From Epiperipatus broadwayi (taxonomy: Eukaryota; Animalia; Onychophora), in the NCBI GenBank assembly GCA_028023455.1, contig JAQFVV010000007.1, positions 12,214,001 through 12,278,000 of the forward strand: DNA of 64,000 nucleotides, read 5' to 3'. Positions 15,695 to 29,014 of the stretch are shown one piece after another. A program made the position numbers and the translations under genes. The notes beneath the pieces are model-generated. The model was not told the origin of the DNA. It searched no databases and saw nothing but the letters and a program-made list of their open reading frames with translations. Position 1 is the first letter of the stretch. Every line of letters starts with the position of its first letter.

Positions 15695-15950
15695 TACTAT
15701 TAAGATAGTAATAAATAAAAATTTTGTTTTGTTATAAGTGAATGAATTTAATATGAAGAAAAATGAAATCTTAATTCATATTAATTTTACTTATTAACCT
15801 GGTTAAGTCACTTTGTAAGGAAGACCTAAATTCTATTAAATAAAATAAATTTTTAACCCAATAATGATCTTTTAACTATCTTTATATCTAATGCTTTTCC
15901 AAAAATAGATTATTCCAATGTAAGTAGATTTTAAAGAAAAGGAAATAAAA

Positions 15951-16648
15951 CACTAAACATCACATGATCACTATTTACTGTTATTAAAACAGGCAAAACT
16001 CTTCATATAGTAGTGCCAGTCAGTGCCAACCAGAGTAATCAATGGATGCCAGAAGGCTTGTGCATAAAATCCCTATCTAGTGCCTACTCATCCAATATCC
16101 CCAGACTAGTTTCTGACTTGTGGCCTTCATCAGTGAGGATCTTTGGATTTGAAAGCACTGCACCTAGATATTAAGATCTAATGCAACACTTCAGCAGCCA
16201 CCTTTTATCTCTACTTAACTACAAAACTATGAGAATAAAATTGAAAACACAATATTTTCAATCTAAGCTCAATAGTTTATATAGTCATTGGGTCTGAACC
16301 AAGTTTATTACCCATACATTTTGATGTCTTTGGCTCTTTAACAATCATAGCCACCACTATTCTATTTGGCAGGATTGGTGTTAAACAACTAAACATCACA
16401 TGATCACTATTTCTTATGCTATCCCATTACTGTTATTAAAACAAGCAAAACTTTCCACATAGTAGAGCCACTCAGTAGCAACCAGAGTAATCAATGGATG
16501 CCAGAAGGCTTGTGCATAAAATCCCTATCTAGTGCCTACTCATCCAATATCCCCAGACTAGTTTCTGGCTTGTGGGGAACTTTGGATCTGAGAGCACTGC
16601 ACCCTAGATCTTAGGATCTAATGCAACCCTCCAGAAGCTACCTTTTAT
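15951..16648 (-). mobile_element. Family R: head-to-tail tandem of a 436-452-nt monomer carrying a hammerhead ribozyme (retrozyme-like)
   Basis: aaacatcacatgatcactattt at 15955 recurs at 16391. The body gagtaatcaatggatgccagaaggc...cccagactagtttc is repeated. A third copy lies in opposite orientation at 56145-56647. Confidence 0.85.
16097..16140 (-). ncRNA. Minimal type I hammerhead ribozyme, core intact
   Basis: Minus strand reads ATCCTCA-CTGATGA-AGGC(CACAA)GTCA-GAAA-CTAG-TC^TGGGGAT. Stem I is 7 bp, the core is canonical, stem III is the palindrome CUAG, and the GUC cleavage site lies between 16104 and 16103. Confidence 0.85.
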
Positions 16649-16890
16649 TTCAAAGAAAATAAAAGTGGATGTTGATACACAAAGATGATAGTGTGTGTTG
16701 AAAGTTTATGGTATTGTCCTATTCATTTTTCATAATTTGAATAATAATGTTTCTTAAGATTAAAATTCTTTTATTTTCTAGTCATCAATCATTTGTGAGG
16801 CAGTCTGATGATGTCATCTCCTTTTGTACATTATTTCAATATAAACTGAAATTAGATATTGAATTATATGGATGAATTACATATATATAT

Positions 16891-17732
16891 ATGACAATAG
16901 AAGGCATTCTACCAAAAGCACCGTCAAGCATATGTTTGTTTACATAAACGTCAGAGCAAGCATTCACTATCTCTAACTTTAGTTCCACCTTCAGATCATG
17001 ATTTCAAGCTATTTGCTATTGTCAGTGAAGGACAGGAATAAGAAACTAGATCTAAACACAAACTCTGAGTATTTATGAAACAGTTTCTATTCAGCTTGCA
17101 AGCGTGAATCTTTTAGACATGTAATGTCTTCAAACTCAGCATAGCAAGCCAGATAGCTACATGGGTCTGATCTGAAGGTGGAACTAAAGTTAGAGATAGT
17201 GAATGCTTGCTCTGATGTTTATGTAAACAAACATACGCTTGATGGTGTTTTTGGTAGAACGCCATCTATTGTCATAAATACAAGTGTTAGCAAGTTTTAA
17301 CTTGTGTTTTTTTGTTTTTCATAAATGTACCTTTGAGGTCTTTCTTGCAATGATATATATATATATTGCAGAGGCTTCTACTATGTGGTGATGCTGAACT
17401 GATATCAGACCCATGTAGCTATCTGGCTTGCTATGCTGAGTTTGAAGACATTACATGTCTAAAAGATTCATGCTTGCAAGCTGAATAAAAACTGTTTCAT
17501 AAATACTCAGAGTTTGTGTTTAGATCTAGTTTCTTATTCCTGTCCTTCACTGACAATAGCAAATACCTTGAAATCATGATCTGAAGGTGGAACTAAAGTT
17601 AGAGATAGTGAATGCTTGCTCTGACATTTATGTAAACAAATGTACGCTTGATGGTGTTTTTGGTAGAATGCCATCTATTGTCATAAATACAAGCATTAGC
17701 AAGTTTTAACTTGTGTTTTTTTGTTTTTCATA
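16891..17732. repeat. Complex inverted/direct duplication A-B-A'-C-x-B'-A'-C
   Basis: A=16891-16999 is inverted at 17168-17275 and 17577-17685. B=17000-17170 is inverted at 17403-17577. C occurs at 17276-17322 and 17686-17732. Confidence 0.85.
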
Positions 17733-19352
17733 TATATATTAGGCATTTCTGTAGGAATAAGTAAATACACTGCTTTAGGTTAAAATAATAGCATTTGAAC
17801 CTATGGCAAATTGTCTATACTCACGATGGATTTTCTATAACTTGAAATCTTAAAATAATTTTACTTAGATATATAAATGTTTTTGATATTTACCCTTTTT
17901 GAAATTCAAGTTTAGAATGATATTGTTAAGAGTTTCTTTAATTATTATATTAAGGATAATTTCATTTTTGAAATTATTATTAATGATATTAAAGAGTAAT
18001 TTATTTATTCTTTTCATGAATGATATTAGAGTTTTCTGCTAATGAAAATGTTATACATAAGGAAAATTTGTTCAAACTATTGATCCATCTTTTTAATATG
18101 TTCGGTATTCAAACAGTGCAAAATAACTATGCGTAGTGACTAGTTCATTTGTAAAAGATAAAATTAATTTGGAAATTAGTTGATTTAACTTTTATAGCAA
18201 AATTAATTTCTGGTAATTAGCATGTGTTAAATTACTATTTCATATCATGATTTTGTATTTGATTATTGTTGAATGCATCATAATTAATAATTGAGCTCTA
18301 ATTTTATATTCCTCACATTTAGTTTCTAAGATACTACTTGACCTAAGGTTATCTTTATGTTTTGCATCTTGATTAGTGGTATTAGTTAATTTAATAAATA
18401 TTTTATACATATATATTAATGATTAAAATATAAAGTATACTTTTGTTATTAAAATTTTATAATATAATATTTAAGTTATATATGCATTCATATGGGTATT
18501 TTAATGTAAAAAAAATAATGTATTTACTATTTATAAACTTACAATTATATTTTTAAGTTTATGATTTAATATTGCACATAAACAAGTTAGCTTAATAAGA
18601 TTGTAAGTCACCCTTACAATATATATATATATTTGTCAATATTAAGATTTTTATAATCCATTTTATTAATTTAGATCTTATTTTTCATTATTATATGTTA
18701 ATGAGAAAACTTTCTTAGTCTCATTGATAATCTTTTAGTAGTAATTGACCATTATTGAAAGCATCTAAGGTTAAAGGTTATTTTTATTTACTTGAATATT
18801 ATATTTGCATTTCTATTCTGTATTATATTAGCAATCCATGGAAATATTTAATTCAATATATATATATATTATTTGAAATAATGTTATGCATTGTTTCTAT
18901 ATATATAATATTTTACAGTGTAAAATATAAGTAATGTTATGAGATTAACTCATTTCAGTTGCTTAAATGTGATTGAATAGTTCTCCTGATATATGAAGGT
19001 AGATGAATACAGTGGTATCTTTTTAACTTTAAATAATGTATTGTCATTTTCTAACAATAGAGAGACATTTAATTATATTTAATCTGTTGCTTAGTGTTAA
19101 TCGCACAACATTTATATAGAAATATTTGATACTGTAAGTTATTTATTATATAATATTATAATTCAAATCACCATTATTATATCAAAAATTAAAGAAATTT
19201 CATACTTGCTGATATATATGTCAATCAAGTTCAAAAAAATTCGTAGGAATATTTTTTTTTTTAATTAAAAATTCATCCTTATAGCAAAAGATTGTAGACA
19301 ATCCATCTGACATATAAAGAAGAATTAAATTAAAACGGTATCTTTTCATTTT

Positions 19353-19356
<4 letters not shown>

Positions 19357-19390
<34 letters not shown>

Positions 19391-19415
19391 AATATATATA
19401 TATATATATATATAT
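19357..19415. repeat. (TA)n microsatellite
   Basis: Direct reading. Confidence 0.9.
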
Positions 19416-19811
19416 AAAGTAATTTTCTGACACTAGAGCACTTCAATTATATGTAAACATTTGTAATGAGTTAATTTCAAAGCATTATGTATATAAACAA
19501 AAGTAGTTTTTTTATTTTTTATTTTACTTAAGATATCTACTTTAAGCGTCAATGGATACAAAATAACTACTTCTACAAATACTGGTTTCTTATTTTCAGT
19601 TCATCAGTGAAAACTAATATCAGAGCTAAAATTCATAATATGTGTATATGCCTTACAGTCACATTTTCTTTTGTGTGATTCAAACTATTAATAAGAAATT
19701 TAACAGATACCTAAGATTTTAATCCCAGGATTATTCATTCCCATAGTTATATGATCCAAAATCAGTTTCTGTATATTTTTGAGATTTCAGTCTTGTAATA
19801 AACTCTTCTAC

Positions 19812-19920
19812 CTCTTGGTACAAGAGTTAATACCAACAACAACAATGTTGCATTCCCTTTTATATGCTTTCTTATATGCATCAAAAAGCAGATATCTTAA
19901 TTTAGTTCTAGAGCATTCTA
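19812..19920 (-). CDS. Candidate internal exon of unidentified minus-strand gene A ((V)ECSRTKLRYLLFDAYKKAYKRECNIVVVGINSCTK)
   Basis: tactgac..ttgcag acceptor, AG|gtagaa donor, 109 nt open in one frame, phase-compatible with the exon at 20693. Confidence 0.4.
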
Positions 19921-20692
19921 CTGCAATCATGAGTCAGTAAGATATCTATTCATTAATAAAGTTTACACTAGGTGACTTAGTAGAATTAGATGAAGGTAAT
20001 TGATCTTAGTAAATATAATATTTGGATGAACTAGAAATCATAAATAGTTGAAATGAAAAGAATTTTATTGCTTTTATTTTCTTTATTTATCAGTATTTTG
20101 TCTTTTTTTTCTTGTTGCAAGATACAATTGTTGTCACCATAATTAATAGAACCATAGAATAATCATTTATAGTTATTTAATAATCAAATATTTTATTGTG
20201 CAGAATACAAAAAAAAAATTGAACATCAGAAGTAGCAGGGGTTAGGCTGCAAACAATAGATCTTAAGTTCTAGAGTTTGCCACTTGATCATTGTATTAAC
20301 TCATATAGGAAGTTCATAGTCATGTGATGCTTTGTTTACCATGTTTTTTTTTTACTTATCTCCTCCAAGAAGTTTAAGTTGATTCATGTTAACTCCATTT
20401 ATTTTAATATCATTTATCAGTACTGTAAAAGGTTTTTACTTTTTGATTACGGGCATACCATAAGCTAGGATTTTTTGTTACAAATAATTATTCATTGGAT
20501 CATTAATTTTCCACCATTTAAAAATATGTCCCTGTAAAGAAATGACTTGTTCTTTCTTCATTTTACTTGCATAACCATTTCTGAATCAATACATGTTATG
20601 TATTCACACAGGTTAGTAATTTATCACAGATAGGTACTAGCATGTCTGTACTACATGAAATATAACATGAAATGTGACAGTGTGTCTCATAC

Positions 20693-20726
20693 CTTTATAG
20701 AATATTTTCAATGGTCTCTTTGCCAT
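20693..20726 (-). CDS. Candidate first coding segment of gene A (MAKRPLKIFYK) within exon 20693-20767
   Basis: Strong ttttgttttcag acceptor at 20768, AAG|gtatga donor at 20692, ATG in GTCATGG context. Confidence 0.45.
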
Positions 20727-20842
20727 GACAAAATCAATTGAAATGTTTCAGTAATAGGTCCATCTAACTGAAAACAAAATGTATTGTTAGTTTGTTGTTC
20801 TATCATGTGTTGAGAATCTGAAATACATTATCACATTTAATA

Positions 20843-21017
20843 TATAGGGTGTATGAGCACAGTCTTTCACATGACCCACAACTCTCCACTTTATCTCATA
20901 ACACTGATACACTTGAACACATATATGTGTAGATATGTGTTCAAGTTTAAGTGTTATGAGATAGAGTGGAGAGTGGTAGGTCATGTGAAAGTATGTGCAC
21001 ATATACCCTATATATTA
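20843..21017. mobile_element. MITE-like hairpin
   Basis: Arms are reverse-complementary around about 20925. The ORF track gives near-identical peptides on both strands. Confidence 0.75.
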
Positions 21018-21729
21018 CATATATTGATACAGGTATAATAAGCCTGTATTTCAGTTATTATCACATTTAGAATTATACTGATATTCCATTACAATAATAT
21101 CTTATTTTTTAATTTTGAATAGTTAAATTATATTGCTATATTATACACACATGGATTCAGAGATTGTGCTAAAGGATGGGTGGAGAGAAAGTAGTCATCT
21201 TTTCACTGGGACACCCTATTTACTTACAAATAGAAAACTATATATTTTTTCTATAGCTTTTACAATATCCTTGTTTTTGTTTTTTTTTGCAAGTCTTTAT
21301 TGAAATTTTTTAGCATTCATTCAGTTTTCAGTAACTTTTGGTAATGTGATCTTTCAAATGTTAATCTTCTTCTCACATAATATTTTATCACTATCCATGT
21401 GATACAATTTACATTATGCATTAATCATCTATTAAATCAACTTTGCAAATTGATGTATATGCTTCCCAAATCTTTATCTGTAGTTCATTATTATGTTATC
21501 ATATAAGACATAGCTTTAAACAACCTCATTTTAAGTAACTTTGTTTTCAGATAAACATTTTAAATATAAAATTAATTCATTACTACATAATTATATAAAA
21601 ATAATGTTATTTTTCATGTTCTCCATAGGTAGCAAATATTTTGATGGTTTTTATGGCAGGCATTGTTAAATAGCATTAGCTTTTTTATATGAATGCTTAA
21701 GATTTTTATATAATTGTAATACATTAAAC

Positions 21730-21860
21730 TCACGTGAGGAAACATATTAAAACAGCATATAAAAATCTTACTAGCGTTAATGTTCAGATTGCTATTTTTG
21801 TACCAACAGAAATAATTCTTTTCTATAGCCACTAAATCGTATATATAATAGCGAATTCAG
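21730..21860. promoter_or_regulatory. CpG-retaining patch, candidate bidirectional promoter / first exon
   Basis: Several CpGs against a CpG-poor background. Minus-strand donor CAC|gtgagt at 21733. Candidate exons diverge on both sides. Confidence 0.4.
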
Positions 21861-22523
21861 ACATTAGAGCTTGAAAGAACAAAATTAATTAAATATTACT
21901 TTATTTTTCCAACTTTATTAAATATGACTATGTAATGATTCCACCTCAAGGAAACAAATTAATAACAAATTTCTGGTTGTTTTATGCATATTTGCAAGTT
22001 AATTAATTTTATTTTCACAAGTTAGTGATGACTGAATTTATTATTACATATAAAATGTAGAAGATAGTAGAGGAGGGTTTATTCTTGTGACATTTAATAG
22101 ATCTATATAGCAAAAGAATTTTGCAACATGGAATAAATTTGTAATGCTTAAATAGGGGAAATGTCCAAGAGCTAATATGTCCTCTCATAGTGAGAATTGT
22201 TTTAATCTATGATTCATGTAAGATTTTGGTTAGAAGACAGACATGAGTTTAACTTTACCCTAGAACATGGATGTATTTGATATCAAGGATCATTATCTAT
22301 ACAGTTAGCATTTGGAGGTTTATTGCTTTAAATAATATATATAAATCAGATAAAATTATATATAATAAAACACAACACTGTAATTAATGGTACAATTTTC
22401 ACAATATTCATATATTATTTGTTTATTAATATTTTGAAAATTGTGTAGTTAATTTCAGTATAAGTTATAATATTTTGTATTTATACAATGAATTCTTAAT
22501 TGTTATTATTTTTTATTTTTTAG

Positions 22524-22561
22524 GTGAGTGTGTAGTTTTAGTAATCAATGACTCAACTTAT
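22524..22561 (+). CDS. Candidate 38-nt exon of plus-strand gene B (xECVVLVINDSTY)
   Basis: Long T-tract then tag acceptor, TAT|gtaagt donor, open frame. Confidence 0.5.
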
Positions 22562-22562
22562 G

Positions 22563-22916
<354 letters not shown>

Positions 22917-24471
22917 GTAGTTTGCATTATTATTATTAGTGTAGTTTATTCAGCTTTCTATATTCATAAAAGTATTACAAGACATGTATGTTGTCCATGT
23001 GAGTTTAGTGTGTTAATGTATGAAACACATAAAAAAATGTAAGATCAAGGAATCATATGCTACAAAAATTATTCTTATGATATTATTGTCAAGTTATCCT
23101 GTTTTCTGATTAGGTGTTTCTGGCCAATATAAAGAAATGTTAAAGTTTAGCATTTAGTAACTTATAACGATTTTTGTACAGTTTTGATAAGTACTCACAC
23201 GAGTTGAAAGTGCTTAGTGATAGTGTTTTATATTATTTTAATGTTTCTCTGCATTATACAATAATTGTATTGTTAGGTTGTGGTTCTTATTATTATTGTA
23301 GTTGTTGTTATTATATAAATAGATATTTTGTGCCATTTTACCATTTTATATTTTAAAATATACATGTCCTTAAACATCCACAAAGATTACACAATTATAT
23401 AATTACAATTATAAAAAGTGGAGTTTTGTATCAAATGTACATTAGCACAATATATATATATATATATATTATATGCTATATATATATATATACAGTCAAA
23501 ATGTGTATATATATATATATATATATATATTACACATTTTGACTGTGGACAAACCAAATTATTACCATGATATCACACTCATAAATATTCATGACCAGAT
23601 AATATTTTGTCAGTACTTTGTTGAATATTATGAGTCATAAATCTTTAAATAAACATTCAATTAAACATAACTGAATCAATGTATATGTTAACAATGTAAG
23701 TAAATCACCCTCCCCCAGACTCTGAGGTAAAAACACTTTAATTTGTACATATTTTATATTGTCTTTAACAATTCCATTAAATGTAGTTTTTCTTTCATAT
23801 ATCATTTTAATGTACTGTGTGTTCATGTCTTTCTTTTTTTTATTTACTTGGAAATACACAAACTGTAGTATGATTGCATAGTTTTCATATAATAATTGAT
23901 ATATCCATTTGTTCACATGCTTTTATTTTAACTCTATAAATAGAAAATTAGACTCGAATAATACACTCCTTCAAAAGTGGAAGCCATTTTAATTTTAGTA
24001 ATTACAAAAATGACATTGCAAATTTAAAAAATAATTTCATTAAAGCTCTATGCCCTGTGGTAATTGAACTAACAATAGTGTGATGAATTTAAGACTTAAA
24101 GGTTCATACATGAAATGTCAACAAGCCAATACTTATTCTCAAATGCAACATAAATTATAATAAAACCCTTTAAGATTATCGCCCAAGTGAAATTGTAGTT
24201 TATTGAATTATCATACTGTCAAAATTTTTAATTACTGGTCGAATTTATCATCATTAATAGATTTTTTTTGTGAATATAATTTATGACATGCATTTTTAAT
24301 TAAAATAAATTTAACATCTGGGTATGTTTGATCCTATATTATGAGATCTGAGATTAGAATCATAATAACATTAGTAAGAATAATGGCTATGTATTTAAAT
24401 GCAGGTTAGCAGGGGCAAACTAAGAACAGAATCATCATTATTGTTGTATTAAGGAAAAAAGATAATTTATG

Positions 24472-24514
<43 letters not shown>

Positions 24515-26448
24515 TTAAGTGACCCATGCATATAGTGTCAAGTTTATAATTAAAATAGTTTTAATAGGTTACATTGTTTATACAGTGAACTTAATTATTT
24601 CCCAAGATGCCTCATAAATAAATAAAAAATCAGTTAAAAAATAAACAATTATAATGAGTTTTTATGGGAGGAAAATTAATTAGCTACTTTATTCAAAATA
24701 TGTAATAATCTGCTTAAAAAATAAACTTTAAAATTACTAAGCATATTATTAATTAAAACAAATACTAGCCTCTGTGTAAATATATATTATAGCTCAGTTT
24801 TTTTTTTTTGCTTTTTATCATAGCCCAAGAATAATATTCCATGAATCACAATTCATTAATATAAATTAAGTAGAAAAAAACTTATACAATTTACATTTAA
24901 AAAAATATTTTTAATGCATTTAAAATTTTTTTTTATTATTGTAATATCTAACCAGTAAAACTTTGATTTTTTTTGCACTACTGTTAAAGCAGCTGTTCAC
25001 AAACTTATTTTACATAAATATACTCAAAATTAAATAAAAATAGATAAAAAATTTAATGCATAGTTGTTTACTATGGTTTTAAAAGTGTAAATGACTGAAT
25101 ATTTTTATTTTTTGCTAATACTAAATATATATTTTTACTTTTGTATTAAAGTCTGCTATTACCTTGAATATATCAAAAGCTAATTATAAGATTATTGACT
25201 TAAAATTAAACAAGTTAATGATATATTTAACTTATGTTATGTAACTGATGATTAAATACAATTGATTATTGATTGCATAATGCACAAAATCATTTTTTTC
25301 AAACTCAAAACAAGTTGCAATTATGATGATGATATTATTTCGCCAAGAAATGTTAGCATTCATAAAAATTTTAATCTAAAATTGATTGAGTGAATATATT
25401 TTAGCTAATGTACACCTTGATCCCCAAGAAATTAAAAAATAAGGAGGAGTATTATAGATAACTATAAAATTTCTGCCAACTGTTGCTTTTTTGATGAACA
25501 ACCTAGTTGTTTTAACATCTCTTTAAATTCAGTTATTCACTAATCTGAAGTTTCCAGGTTCAATTTATCTGCTAGTATTATTATGGCCAAGCCAGAAACA
25601 TCTGAAAGAGGTAGAAAAATAATACCATGCATAATGTTGTGTTATATATTATATTAACAGTTGAGTGTATTTGACAAAATTAAATAATGTTTGATTTTTT
25701 TTCTAAAAGACATTTAACAATTGATTCTTGATGGTGAAATAATCCACTTTATAATCACAAGTAAAATGCTATTATCATAAACTTTCAATGAAAAATTTAA
25801 TTAATATTAAAAAAACAACTTATATCTGTCCTCCAGTTATTTCTCTCCACCTCTTTTTATATAAGAGTTGTTGAAAGCCTTAGAAATAACATTAGTATAA
25901 ATAAAAATTAAATATATTTTATTTTTATTGATAGAAATATCACTATAATAAATGGAAATATATTTGCAATGTAAAGTTAGCTTCATATTACCTTAAAACC
26001 TATCTTAGAACTTTTCAAACACAATATGAAAAGTCCCTGCTGTTTCATAAATGTGAATGTATACATGCCATTTGGATCATGTGATGGAATGTTACATTTC
26101 TTTACAAAACTTTAAAATTATAATTCAACTTTATTATTTTTACAAATAAACTGTTGACTATAAGAGAAGTGGCCAGATAAAATAAATGTTACTAAAATAA
26201 CATTGAGGGCTAGTGTGAATAGTAAGGAATAGAAAGTACCAATCTGAATAGAATCTGGAATAAATAATGAAAAGTTTAATTTCAGTAGAAAGCTTTCAAT
26301 AAATTTATCAATAAAGACTGATTATTATTTATCAGAAAGATATTATTACATTTCTTTTAATATCACATGTATGTATTAAATTATTTAAATAAATTAGCAA
26401 TATATATATATATATATATATATATGGAGTGTTATAATAATGAATACA

Positions 26449-26747
26449 AATGGGATTATATCCATGTAAATAGAGACATCATTTAACTTTGGATGTTGCC
26501 AAAAACTATCAATTACTGACAATTGATAATTCCTGAGGCTAAAAATGTTTTCTCATTAACCTATAATAACTCTTTGTTGAAATTTATTATTGAAGGATCT
26601 TTTATTACTTCAACAAAAACTCCAACAAAAGAGATGTTATAGGTTAATGAGAAAACTTGCTAATCCTAAGAGATTATCAATTGATACTAATTGATAGTTT
26701 TTGGCAACATCAAAAGTGAAACATTATCTCTGTTTATATAGATATAA

Positions 26748-26753
<6 letters not shown>
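26449..26753. mobile_element. MITE-like inverted repeat
   Basis: gatgttgccaaaaactatcaatta..ttctcattaacctataa pairs with ttataggttaatgagaa..taattgatagtttttggcaacatc. Flanked by (TA)n on both sides. Confidence 0.8.

Positions 26754-26837
<84 letters not shown>
26753..26837. repeat. (TA)n microsatellite
   Basis: Direct reading. Confidence 0.95.
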
Positions 26838-26840
<3 letters not shown>

Positions 26841-28514
26841 ATATAGCTGTTAATCTTCCATTACATTTTTTTATATATTCACTGGACATGATCTCTTACT
26901 TCCAAAACTTACAATTAATATACATTTTGCTTCAAATGTAGGTCTTAATACTAATACTCACATTTTTATATTTTAAACATTAAGCAGTAGAACCTGGGAA
27001 TATAATGAATGCAAATTATTTTTAAGGCATATTTCAAACAATAAGATTGCATAAATTTGGTGAAAACAAGGTATCTTATTTTCTACAGCAATTTTATAAT
27101 TAGCATATAAAACAACAATCAATAGTTATTAAAAAATGTTGGGACTTTTTATAATCAAAGCATTAGCTGTTAAATATTTATGTTGTATAACTATTTATTT
27201 ATATCTTAAAATAAAAAGTTTATATAAACAAAAATAGATACAAGTAAATATTGTTAATTTTATATATATATCATTAAAAACCAGAGAACACATAAACAAT
27301 CCCAATTATCAATTACAATCAACAAATTCAAACTTTTATCAAGGCAATCTCCTTTTATCAATAAAGGCCCCCTTTATTGTTAAAAGTTTGTTGCCTTGAC
27401 AACAGTTTAAAATTATTGATTGTTATTGATATTGGAATTGTCTAAGTGTTGACATGTTTTAATGATAACTTACAAATCTATTTATTCTTGAGCATTATTA
27501 TACTTATATATATATATATATATTATTGTATCAGTTTTTAGTTGTGTGATAATAAATATGCAAATGAAGATATTTTTTTTTTTAAAGAAGTTTTCTGTGA
27601 TACAGAATGTCAAGAAATAAAAAGTAATAAAATAAAAGAAAAAACCTCTTCTAAAGTATTTTAAAAAAGAAAATGAATATATGACATCAACTTTCATTGT
27701 ACTTAAAATTAGAGTGTGCTAAAATATCATGAATTCGTCAAAGTTAAAAATTTTCTGTCCTGAAGAAACATTTGCTCTGACTTTTTGATCTATGACTGGA
27801 GAAAACAATATTCATTATTATGGAATGTATTATAATATTCAACAATCTTAAGAAAATTAAAGCAAAAGAAAAGAGAACAAAATAGGTAAATTAGAGTTCC
27901 AATTCAATTTAAAATGTTGATAAAGTCAAAAGAAATATTATTGATTAAATAATATTCTTTCATATTTATTATTTCAGTCCTTTGTGCTACTTGGACAAAT
28001 TCATTATTCTTTGGTTTATGAGATTATTAAAACTACTTTGAATATGGACAACACTTATTTAATCATAAATTTACTGCTGTCAGTGAAACTGTGAAGTTTT
28101 ATTTTACTTGAAACATCTTTACTGCTTATATAAAATCATTTATTGACTAATTAAAGAATTGATTAAATCTTACCTGGATATTTATAATACTTATAATTAA
28201 GTCTAAATTTCCATGTAGTAGTGAAATTGTGAAATTATTTATTATACTTTGGATATTCTTACTGCTAAAATAAGACCATTTGTTCACTGACTAATGACAC
28301 CTTTAAAGCCTACTTGGATATATGGATAATTTATTATTAAAATGCCATTTTAATGGAAATGTAAAATTATATACTTGATAAAAGATAAAGAATTGGTCCA
28401 GCGTTACTTGTAGTATTGTCATAAAATAAACCTTTGATTAAAATGGTGATATATTGGATGATAAAAAAAACCAAGAATGATCAACTTGTTTCCCAGAAGA
28501 GAATTCTACAATTT

Positions 28515-29014
28515 NNNNNNNNNNNNNNNNNNNNNNNNNNNNNNNNNNNNNNNNNNNNNNNNNNNNNNNNNNNNNNNNNNNNNNNNNNNNNNNNNNNNNN
28601 NNNNNNNNNNNNNNNNNNNNNNNNNNNNNNNNNNNNNNNNNNNNNNNNNNNNNNNNNNNNNNNNNNNNNNNNNNNNNNNNNNNNNNNNNNNNNNNNNNNN
28701 NNNNNNNNNNNNNNNNNNNNNNNNNNNNNNNNNNNNNNNNNNNNNNNNNNNNNNNNNNNNNNNNNNNNNNNNNNNNNNNNNNNNNNNNNNNNNNNNNNNN
28801 NNNNNNNNNNNNNNNNNNNNNNNNNNNNNNNNNNNNNNNNNNNNNNNNNNNNNNNNNNNNNNNNNNNNNNNNNNNNNNNNNNNNNNNNNNNNNNNNNNNN
28901 NNNNNNNNNNNNNNNNNNNNNNNNNNNNNNNNNNNNNNNNNNNNNNNNNNNNNNNNNNNNNNNNNNNNNNNNNNNNNNNNNNNNNNNNNNNNNNNNNNNN
29001 NNNNNNNNNNNNNN
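28515..29014. other. Assembly gap (500 N) with a 35-bp sequence duplicated on both sides
   Basis: 28480-28514 is identical to 29015-29049. Confidence 0.97.

Noticed and set aside
17005-17055. gtcagtgaagg...aGAAACTAGATC looks like a third hammerhead
   Set aside because: No CUGANGA core, no stem II and no stem I pairing.
20693-20767. In-frame TGA as selenocysteine
   Set aside because: No SECIS recognised and no selenoprotein similarity. An internal ATG with a compatible next exon is simpler.
25440-25590. Minus-strand exon with a strong acceptor (DVSGLAIIILADKLNLETSD*)
   Set aside because: It stops early and no phase-compatible upstream exon is supported.
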